From: Thermoanaerobaculia bacterium | GTDB taxonomy: Bacteria; Acidobacteriota; Thermoanaerobaculia; Multivoradales; Multivoraceae | NCBI GenBank assembly: GCA_963666565.1 | Contig: OY762911.1 | Coordinates: 4,256,001-4,320,000 of the forward strand | Direction: 5' to 3' | DNA length: 64,000 nt | Shown: positions 56,960-64,000 of the stretch, one piece after another | How positions within the stretch are numbered: the first letter of the stretch is position 1 | How the letters are laid out: each line of letters starts with the position of its first letter | Program-made: the position numbers and the translations under genes | The notes under the pieces: generated by a model | Database searches by the model: none | What the model was told of the DNA's origin: nothing | The model's input: only the letters and a program-made list of their open reading frames with translations

Positions 56960-57595
56960 TCAGGTGGCGGTCACGGCGTCGTCGAGGCCGTAGCTCTCGA
57001 GCGTTCCGTGCAGGGCGACGATGTCGAGCCCCATGACGAGCAGGTCGTGCTTCTCGCCGGCGAGGTCGCGAACGTGGTTCCGCATCAGGCCCTCGGGACG
57101 GAAACCGAGTCCCTCGAAGGCCGCGACGGCGCCCTTCTGGTCGGGCGTCATGCGCGCCACCACCTTCTCGATCCCGGCGGCGACGGCAGCCTGGAACGCC
57201 CCCTCCACGAGCAGCCGTCCGAGGCCCTTGCCGCGCGCCGCCTCGGAGATCACCACCCGGATCTCGGCGACGTGGGAAGACCACTGCAACTGGCTGCGGT
57301 CGATCGAAGAGTAGCCCAGCAGTTCGTCGTCCGCGAAGGCGAGCAGGGTCGTCATCTGGCCCGAACCGACCTGGCCGATCCAGCGGTCGATCACCTCGGC
57401 GTCGCGGATGTCGCGGCGCAGGAAGAGGAGATCGTGGTCCGGCAGGCCGTCGGCAAACGCCAGCACCGCGCCGCGGTCGTCGGGGCCCATGGGCCGCACG
57501 GTGAGATCGATGGCGCCGAGCCTGCTCGCCACCTCGCCGGCGGACGAGACGGAAGCGGAACCGCGTCCGCCCTCGCTCTTCCGTTCAGCCGTCAT
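56960..57595 (-). CDS. GNAT family N-acetyltransferase
   Basis: VRPMGPDD, HVAEIRVVI..ARGKGLG, FEGLGF. Confidence 0.88.
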   Translation of the reverse strand: MTAERKSEGGRGSASVSSAGEVASRLGAIDLTVRPMGPDDRGAVLAFADGLPDHDLLFLRRDIRDAEVIDRWIGQVGSGQMTTLLAFADDELLGYSSIDRSQLQWSSHVAEIRVVISEAARGKGLGRLLVEGAFQAAVAAGIEKVVARMTPDQKGAVAAFEGLGFRPEGLMRNHVRDLAGEKHDLLVMGLDIVALHGTLESYGLDDAVTAT

Positions 57596-57661
57596 GCATT
57601 ATCCCCCTCCAGCGTCCCGTCTCTCCGGCTCCTCGGCATTCCTTCTCCGCTCGCGGGCGCC

Positions 57662-58789
57662 TTACGTGGACCGCTCGGCCAGCCACTCCTCGAGCCGCGG
57701 CCAGAGGCGGCGCACAGCGTTGCCGCCGGCGACCAGGCTGACGTGGCCGCCCTTCAGGATGAGCTCCTGCTTGTCCTCGGAACCGACCATACCGATCAGG
57801 TCCCGCGCCGCCTCGTACGGCACGATGTGGTCGTGCTCCGCGACGACGTGGATGAAGGGAACCTCGATGTTCGAGAGGTCGACGAGCCTGCCGCCGAGCC
57901 GGAACTCGCCCTTCATCAGCAGGTTCTGCTGCTGGAGTTCCTTCGTCGTCTGGCGGAAGCACTCGCCCGGGAAGGGGATCTGGTCGGCGGCCCAGCGCTG
58001 GAGCCGGCGATACGAGGTGACGAACTCGTCGTTCCACAGGTTGTCCCAGAGCCGCACCCGGCCCGCGACCTGCGACGCCGGCCGCAGGGCGTTGAAGGAG
58101 GCGTAGAGCATCTGCGGCGGGACGTTGCCCAGCCGGTCGACGATCCGGTCGACGTCGAAGTGGACCGGGTCGGTCCAGGTCCTGAACAGCCCCATCCCGT
58201 CGTAGTTGACCGGCGTCGTGAAGCAGGCCAGGTTGCGCAGCCTCCCGCCCGACGACGCGTCGGGGTGAAGCGCCGCGTAGAGCGCGGCCAGAAGACCGCC
58301 CATGCAGTAGCCGACGACCGAGACGTCGGGTTCGCCGCTCCGCTCGTGGACGACCTCCACGCACTCGGGAATGAAGTCGAGCACGTAGTCCTCGAGCCGC
58401 AGGCGCTTGTCCTCGGGCCGGGGCGTACCCCAGTCGATCATGTAGACGTCGAAGCCGCGGTCGAGCAGGAATTCGATCAGGCTGTGGCCCGGCGCCAGGT
58501 CGAGGATGTAGGGCTTGCTGATCAACGACATGACCAGCAGCAGCGGGGTCCGGTAGACCTCGTCCGCCCGCGCCCGGTAGTGGTACAGCCGGAGCGTGCC
58601 CCGGCTGTGGACCGTGTCCTTCGGCGTCAGGCCGACGCCGGGATCGCCGGTCCTGATGTACTCCAGGCCCTTGACGCTGCGGCGGAACGTGCGTTCCATC
58701 TCGCGGCGCACGCTGTCCGCGACGCCGGCGGTCGCGTCCAGCACGGGCGTCGCGCTGCGACCGGGCGGGGCCGCGGCGGGGGTCGTCAT
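57662..58789 (-). CDS. phaC: Polyhydroxyalkanoate synthase, class III-type PhaC
   Basis: GLTPKD, KPYILDL, YMIDWG, GYCMGG catalytic Cys box, DHIVP, GGHVS. Confidence 0.9.
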   Translation of the reverse strand: MTTPAAAPPGRSATPVLDATAGVADSVRREMERTFRRSVKGLEYIRTGDPGVGLTPKDTVHSRGTLRLYHYRARADEVYRTPLLLVMSLISKPYILDLAPGHSLIEFLLDRGFDVYMIDWGTPRPEDKRLRLEDYVLDFIPECVEVVHERSGEPDVSVVGYCMGGLLAALYAALHPDASSGGRLRNLACFTTPVNYDGMGLFRTWTDPVHFDVDRIVDRLGNVPPQMLYASFNALRPASQVAGRVRLWDNLWNDEFVTSYRRLQRWAADQIPFPGECFRQTTKELQQQNLLMKGEFRLGGRLVDLSNIEVPFIHVVAEHDHIVPYEAARDLIGMVGSEDKQELILKGGHVSLVAGGNAVRRLWPRLEEWLAERST

Positions 58790-59268
58790 TCGGCCGCTTT
58801 CCCTTCACCGGCGGCGGTCGAGCCGGACGCGGCCGGCGACGCGCCGGCGGCCTTCGCGTCCGCTTCGACCCCGGCGCCGTCCCTCGCCTTCGACCGGGAC
58901 GGCGGGCGGCGGGTGCGAGCCGGCCGCGGGGCCGGGCTCGCGTCGCCCTTTCGTCCCATCGCCTGGGCCAGCAGACTCTCGATTCGCAGCAGCCTCTCCT
59001 CGACGGCGGCCAGCCGCTCCGCGAGTTCGGCGACATCGGTCCGCGTCGGGAGGTTCATCGCCTGGAAGTAGCGCTGCGCTCCCTCGTTCATCGTCTGCTG
59101 GAACATCGTCATCGCCTCGATCCAGCCGCCCGAGGCGCGGGCGAACTGCTCCGTGCCCATCATCTCGTTGAACGCCTTGTTCATCTGATGCTCGGACTGG
59201 GTCACCCACTCGCGCCACATGGCGAAGGGGTCGGGCGGCGGTTTCGGGGCGGGACGGTCGTCGGCCAT
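58786..59268 (-). CDS. phaE: PHA synthase partner subunit (PhaE-like, short)
   Basis: DPFAMWREW, MNLPTRTDVAELAERLAAVE coiled coil; ATGA-coupled to phaC. Confidence 0.7.
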   Translation of the reverse strand: MADDRPAPKPPPDPFAMWREWVTQSEHQMNKAFNEMMGTEQFARASGGWIEAMTMFQQTMNEGAQRYFQAMNLPTRTDVAELAERLAAVEERLLRIESLLAQAMGRKGDASPAPRPARTRRPPSRSKARDGAGVEADAKAAGASPAASGSTAAGEGKAAE

Positions 59269-59280
59269 GGCGGCTCTAGC

Positions 59281-59616
59281 CTACGACGACTCCTCGGCCT
59301 GCGCGGTGAGCGAGTCGAGGTAGCTGTTCGCCAGGCCGAAGCTGGCGTCCATCGCGGAGCGGTAGGAGCTGCGGCCGTCCTGGAAGAGGCGGATCCACTC
59401 CTGCACCAGGCTCTTGGCCTCGGCCGGAAGCCGCTCGGAGTTCTCGGTCCACTTCGCGATCGCCTCTTCGCGCCGCTCCTGCATGGACGCCGCCATGTCG
59501 AAGCCGGTGTCGAACATGCGCTTCTGGAAGTCGAGCGCGCGCCGGTTGGCGTCGATCAGCGTTCCGCTGAACATCTGCCTCGGGCTCTTCGTCGCCGTGG
59601 TCGTGCTGGTCGTCAT
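59281..59616 (-). CDS. Phasin-like granule protein
   Basis: 111-aa helical protein (LDFQKRMFDTGFD, LPAEAKSLVQEW); first gene of the pha operon, divergent from phaR. Confidence 0.6.
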   Translation of the reverse strand: MTTSTTTATKSPRQMFSGTLIDANRRALDFQKRMFDTGFDMAASMQERREEAIAKWTENSERLPAEAKSLVQEWIRLFQDGRSSYRSAMDASFGLANSYLDSLTAQAEESS

Positions 59617-59730
59617 CTGAGGTCTCCTGGGTGGTACGATCCGTGGCTCGGATGGCCCACCTGGTTGCGGCTCGCAAGCCTGTTTCGACGGGTGCAACGG
59701 TGGCGGTCGCGTCGTGCGACGGCCGCCGTC

Positions 59731-59775
59731 TTGTGCAGTGCAGCAAGAATGCTGCACAATATGCTGCACTGTGTC
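59731..59775. promoter_or_regulatory. Probable PhaR operator
   Basis: ttgtgcagtgcagcaagaatgctgcacaatatgctgcactgtg: clustered TGCAGCA/TGCTGCA repeats between the phasin gene and phaR. Confidence 0.75.
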
Positions 59776-59788
59776 AACCCCCCTCCGC

Positions 59789-60427
59789 ATGACCGAACCG
59801 ATCGTCATCAAGAAGTACGAGAACCGCCGGCTGTACGACACCCACAGCAGCCGCTACGTGAACCTCGACGGCGTCGCCGAACTGGTCCGCGGCGGCCGGG
59901 ACATCCAGGTCGTCGACTCGAAGACGGGGGAGGACGTCACCCGCCACGTCCTGACCCAGATCATCGTCGACGGCGCCAAGGACCCCGAGCACGGACCGCC
60001 GCTCGAGTTCCTCCGCGACCTCGTGCGGGCGCGCGACCAGGCCGGACGGGACTTCTTCCAGTGGTACCTGAAGAGCGCCGGCGAGGTCTACGAACGGATG
60101 CGCGAGTCCATGCGGCGAAGCCCGTTCACGCCGGACCCGTCCTGGATGCGCCTGTGGGACCCGCGCGCCATCGCCGAAGAGATGCAGGCGCAGATGACGC
60201 GCCAGATGGAGGGCATGTTCGGCCGCGCCGGCGGCGACGGCAGCGGCGCCGGGGCAGAGACGTCCCCGGCCTCTCCGCCGGCCGCGGCGGCGCCCCGGCA
60301 GCAGGGCGCCGCACAGCAACACGGCGCCGCGCCGCAGCGGGACGGCGGCGCGACTCGCGCCGAACTCGACGAACTGAAGAATCGGCTCCAGGATCTGGAG
60401 CGCCGACTCGCCGACTCCGCCGACTGA
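59789..60427 (+). CDS. phaR: PHA synthesis repressor PhaR
   Basis: IKKYENRRLYDTHSSRYVNL, VVDSKTGEDVT. Confidence 0.92.
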   Translation: MTEPIVIKKYENRRLYDTHSSRYVNLDGVAELVRGGRDIQVVDSKTGEDVTRHVLTQIIVDGAKDPEHGPPLEFLRDLVRARDQAGRDFFQWYLKSAGEVYERMRESMRRSPFTPDPSWMRLWDPRAIAEEMQAQMTRQMEGMFGRAGGDGSGAGAETSPASPPAAAAPRQQGAAQQHGAAPQRDGGATRAELDELKNRLQDLERRLADSAD

Positions 60428-60431
60428 CCCG

Positions 60432-61307
60432 ATGCCCCTCTCCACCGCCGCGGCCGGCAGCGACCTCGGTTCCTCGACCCGCGAGATCGCCGTCCGCGAC
60501 GTGCTCGCCTACGCCGCCGGCATCGGCGACACCGGCGACGCCGTGTTCGACGACGCCCGGAACGGCGGCGTCGCGGCGCCGCCCTCCTACTGCGTCTCGC
60601 TCGAGTGGCCCGTCGTCAGCCGCGGCCGGGGGTCCGAACTCCTCGGCGGCGAGGTCCACGAACTGAGGCGCGGCGTCCACGCCAGCCAGGACTCCCACTT
60701 CCACCGCCCCATCCGCCCCGGCGATTCGCTAACGACCAGCGGCCGCTACGTCGGCATCCGGAGCACCCGAGCCGGCGTGCTGCTGACCACCCGCCTCGAC
60801 ACCGTCGACGGCAAGGGCCGGCCGGTCGCCACCTCCTGGTCGCGCTCGATCTTCCGCGGCGTCGAGACGGCGGGCCCCAACGCCGATACGGAGCAGGCCC
60901 CCGAGCCGCCCAGGCTCTGCCTGAACGGCGACGCTCCCGGCCGGAGCGAGATCTTCGTGCCGCGCGAAATGCCCCACGTCTACACGGAGTGCGCCCGGAT
61001 CTGGAATCCGATCCACACGGAGCGCGAGGTGGCGCTGGCCGCGGGCCTGCCCGACATCATCCTCCACGGCACGGCGACCTGGGCCCTCGCCGGCCGCGAA
61101 GTGCTCCGCGCCCACGGCGGCAGCGACCCTTCGCGGCTCCGGCGCCTGTACGGCCGATTCAGCGCGATGGTCGTCCCCGGCACGTCCATCGTGGTGGAGC
61201 ACGCGCCCGCCGGCGAGGCGGAAAGCGGCGGACGCCAGGTCGCCTTCCGGGTCCTGAACGCGGAAGGCCGGGAGGCCGTGAGCCAGGGCGTGGCGGTCGT
61301 CGCGTAG
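60432..61307 (+). CDS. MaoC-like double hot-dog dehydratase (PhaJ/hydratase-2-like)
   Basis: LAYAAGIG, VHASQD, WNPIH...AGLPDIILHG. Confidence 0.82.
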   Translation: MPLSTAAAGSDLGSSTREIAVRDVLAYAAGIGDTGDAVFDDARNGGVAAPPSYCVSLEWPVVSRGRGSELLGGEVHELRRGVHASQDSHFHRPIRPGDSLTTSGRYVGIRSTRAGVLLTTRLDTVDGKGRPVATSWSRSIFRGVETAGPNADTEQAPEPPRLCLNGDAPGRSEIFVPREMPHVYTECARIWNPIHTEREVALAAGLPDIILHGTATWALAGREVLRAHGGSDPSRLRRLYGRFSAMVVPGTSIVVEHAPAGEAESGGRQVAFRVLNAEGREAVSQGVAVVA

Positions 61308-61393
61308 AGTACCGGCCTCGTTCCCGGCGCGACGCGGAGTTCGCCGGGGACCGCCAGGCCAACCACGGAAACAACGGACGGAGACAGGAAGAG

Positions 61394-62302
61394 ATGGGAA
61401 TCCTCGACGGCAAGACGGCGATCGTCACCGGCGCCGGCCGCGGCATCGGCAAGGGAATAGCGATCAAGTTCGCGGAAGAAGGCGCCAACGTGGTCGTCAA
61501 CGACCTGGGCGGCGCGACCGACGGCACCGGCGGTTCGCGGATCGCCGACGAGGTGGTCGAGGAGATCCGGAGCGCCGGCGGTTCGGCGGTTCCGAACTAC
61601 GACTCGGTGGCCACCGTCGAGGGCGGCCAGAGCATCTTCCAGACCGCGATCGACTCGTTCGGGGCGCTGGACATCCTGGTCAACAACGCCGGCATCCTGC
61701 GCGACCGGACGATCTTCAACCTGGAAGAGCCCGACTGGGACGCCGTGCTCGACGTCCACCTGAAGGGCCACTACTGCTGCAGCCGGCCGTTCGCCCGCTA
61801 CATCCGCGAGACGAACCGCCCGGGCTGCCGGATCATCAACTTCTCCTCCGTCTCCGGCCTCTACGGCAACTTCGGCCAGTCGAACTACGCGGCCGCCAAG
61901 GCGGGGATCGCCGGCCTGGCCCGGGTGCTTGCCCTGGAGTTGAACAAGTACGGCTGCACCGTGAACACGATCTCGCCGGGCGCCACGACCCGAATGACGG
62001 CGGACCTCCGCGCCTCGCGCGGCATGCAGATCGACGAGGACGCGCCGGAGCAGAGCCCGAACCAGATCGCGCCCGTCTGCGCCTGGCTGGCCTCGGACGC
62101 GGGCCAGGACATGACCGCTCAGATCATCGACGTCATGCGCGGCTGGGTCGGCATCATGCAGCAGCCCAAGGTGATCCGGAAGTTCAGCAAGGAAGGCATG
62201 TGGGACAACCGCGACATCGATCTGATCATGCCGCAGCTCCTCAAGGCGAAGCAGGAGCACGACGAGGCGGTCGACGCGAAGGCTGAGCCGACGCCGGTCT
62301 GA
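61394..62302 (+). CDS. SDR oxidoreductase (MFE-2-type 3-hydroxyacyl-CoA dehydrogenase-like)
   Basis: TGAGRGIG, VVVNDLGG, NNAGILRD, GNFGQSNYAAAK. Confidence 0.9.
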   Translation: MGILDGKTAIVTGAGRGIGKGIAIKFAEEGANVVVNDLGGATDGTGGSRIADEVVEEIRSAGGSAVPNYDSVATVEGGQSIFQTAIDSFGALDILVNNAGILRDRTIFNLEEPDWDAVLDVHLKGHYCCSRPFARYIRETNRPGCRIINFSSVSGLYGNFGQSNYAAAKAGIAGLARVLALELNKYGCTVNTISPGATTRMTADLRASRGMQIDEDAPEQSPNQIAPVCAWLASDAGQDMTAQIIDVMRGWVGIMQQPKVIRKFSKEGMWDNRDIDLIMPQLLKAKQEHDEAVDAKAEPTPV

Positions 62303-62351
62303 GAGGAGCCGGCCGGGCGGCCGGCGCGTCTTCTGGCCGGCTACGCCGGCA

Positions 62352-62466
62352 GCGGGTCGGAAGACCCGCGCACCCAGTGCGGGTCGGAAGACCCGCGCAC
62401 CCGGTGCGGGTCGGAAGACCCGCGCACCCGGTGCGGGTCGGAAGACCCGCGTACCCGGTGCGGATC
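62352..62466 (-). repeat. REP-like tandem array (4 x 27 bp) between convergent genes
   Basis: gcgggtcggaagacccgcg(c/t)accc(a/g)gt x4, no spacers. Confidence 0.92.
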
Positions 62467-62701
62467 AGGTCAGCCAGCGGACGTACCAGGGCGCTCCGTC
62501 GGCCTTGAGCTGCTCCTTGTAGCGCTGGCGTTCCAGCTTGCGCAGGAACGCCTCGCCCTTGTCGAAGCAGCAGTCCTTGTACTTCCGGCCGCTGCCGCAG
62601 GGGCAGGGTTCGTTCCGCTGCACCTTGCTGAAGCGCCGCGGCGCCGTGACGACCGACTTTCGGGTCGCTATCGCGTTGCTCAACCGTCTTCCGCGCTTCA
62701 T
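62465..62701 (-). CDS. Small SEC-C motif protein
   Basis: RNEPCPCGSGRKYKDCC. Confidence 0.85.
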   Translation of the reverse strand: MKRGRRLSNAIATRKSVVTAPRRFSKVQRNEPCPCGSGRKYKDCCFDKGEAFLRKLERQRYKEQLKADGAPWYVRWLT

Positions 62702-62903
62702 CGCACCATCCCCTGCCTGCCTGCATCCCGAGCGCCGTTCCCGGTTCGCGCCGCCGACGCCCGGCGGAACGCCGGGCGCCCGCCGATTGTAGCGTCGCTC
62801 GCTGCTACTCTACGAGCCGCGCCCGCCACGCCGCGACCGGAAAGCTCCAGGCGAGACGGCGGGCCTGCCGGCAACGACACCCGCGGACGATCACCAGGCC
62901 AAC

Positions 62904-64000
62904 ATGAGAATCTGCGTCGTCGGCTCCGGTTACGTCGGCCTGGTTACCGGGGCCTGCCTCGCCGACTTCGGCATGGACGTCGTCTGCGTCGACCAGGACG
63001 AGGCGAAGATCGCCCAACTCCAGGCCGGCGAGATCCCCATCTACGAGCCGGGCCTCAAGACCCTGGTCGCCAAGAACGAAGAGGCCGGCCGGCTGAGCTT
63101 CACGACCGATCTGGCGCCGGCGCTCGAATCCGCGGTCGCCGTGTTCATCGCGGTCGGCACGCCGCCCCGCGAGGACGGCTCCTCCGACCTGCGCTACGTG
63201 CGCGACGTGGCCCGGGCGATCTCCGGCCGGCTCGGCAGCTACAAGGCGATCGTCACGAAGAGCACGGTGCCCGTCGGCACCGGCCGGATGATCGAGGAGA
63301 TCGTTAGCGCGGGCCGCCGCCGCAACTTCTCCGTCGTCAGCAACCCGGAGTTCCTGCGCGAGGGCTCCGCGATCGAGGACTTCATGCGGCCGGACCGGCT
63401 CGTCATCGGCAGCCGCGACCGCCGCGCGACGGACATCATGCTGGAGATCTACTCTCCGCTCCGCGCCCGCGGCGTGCCGATCGTCGTCACCGACGTCGAG
63501 ACCGCGGAGATGATCAAGTACGCCTCGAACAGCTTCCTCGCCACCCGCATCTCCTTTATCAACGAGGTGGCGGAACTCTGCGAGCGAACCGGCGCCGACG
63601 TCCAGGTCGTGGCCCAGGGCATGGGCCTGGACCGGCGGATCGGTCCGCTGTTCCTCCGCCCCGGCCCCGGCTTCGGCGGCTCCTGCTTCCCGAAGGACAC
63701 CCGCGCCATGGCGTCGATGGCGCGGGACGCCGGCGCCCGGGTGCGGATCGTCGAGGCGACGCTCGAGGTCAACCGCCGCGTCCAGGAGCGGATGCTGCAC
63801 AAGATCGAGGCGGCGCTGGGAGACCCGGCGGGCAAGACCGTCGCCATGCTCGGCCTGTCCTTCAAGCCCGACACGGACGACATCCGGGAATCCCCGGCCC
63901 TGTTCGTGCTCGACCGGCTGCTGGCCCGCGGCGCCGCCGTGCGAGCGTACGATCCGGCGGCGATGGACAAGGCGCGCATCGTCCGACCCGAGGCGGTCTA
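62904..64000 (+). CDS. ugd: UDP-glucose/GDP-mannose dehydrogenase, partial (runs off the right edge)
   Basis: Manual translation: MRICVVGSGYVGLV, PIYEPGL, KSTVPVGT, NPEFLREG, GFGGSCFPKD, FKPDTDDIRESP. Confidence 0.95.
   Translation, partial: MRICVVGSGYVGLVTGACLADFGMDVVCVDQDEAKIAQLQAGEIPIYEPGLKTLVAKNEEAGRLSFTTDLAPALESAVAVFIAVGTPPREDGSSDLRYVRDVARAISGRLGSYKAIVTKSTVPVGTGRMIEEIVSAGRRRNFSVVSNPEFLREGSAIEDFMRPDRLVIGSRDRRATDIMLEIYSPLRARGVPIVVTDVETAEMIKYASNSFLATRISFINEVAELCERTGADVQVVAQGMGLDRRIGPLFLRPGPGFGGSCFPKDTRAMASMARDAGARVRIVEATLEVNRRVQERMLHKIEAALGDPAGKTVAMLGLSFKPDTDDIRESPALFVLDRLLARGAAVRAYDPAAMDKARIVRPEAV

Noticed and set aside
62352-62466. Regular 25-28 bp repeats (also at 14883 and 21061) as possible CRISPR arrays
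   Set aside because: Units abut with no unique spacers, no cas genes are present, and the same motif occurs as dispersed singletons; REP-like

Overview
Very GC-rich bacterial chromosomal window. The gene content (Oar-type TonB receptor, PQQ-like propellers, DUF1570, F420 LLM) would fit an Acidobacteriota-like heterotroph, but taxonomy cannot be proven here. It holds about 55 CDSs, with no rRNA, tRNA, CRISPR or transposase seen. Main blocks: (1) a GNAT / UGSC selenoprotein / sialidase-like / SSS operon; (2) an uncharacterised secreted propeller-barrel protein + TIM barrel + SSS + small membrane proteins; (3) acyl-CoA ligases and a GMC/G2DH-subunit-3 pair; (4) two vapBC-type TA pairs and an AbiE pair with an internally deleted toxin; (5) tandem PQQ-like propellers, an M16 peptidase, ggt-like-modABC and a sulfatase + TonB receptor; (6) a collapsed DUF499/SNF2 defence remnant; (7) a PHA cluster (phaC, phaE-like, phasin, phaR, MaoC, SDR, GNAT, FadD) and a partial ugd. 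Signals the ORF track misses: an in-frame UGA with a SECIS-like hairpin joining two short ORFs into one selenoprotein, a probable CTG-initiated gene, TANNNT boxes 6-8 nt before many starts (leaderless genes), mini-ORFs that bridge operon gaps, and an abundant REP-like family. All family calls come from motif recognition by eye, not database searches.
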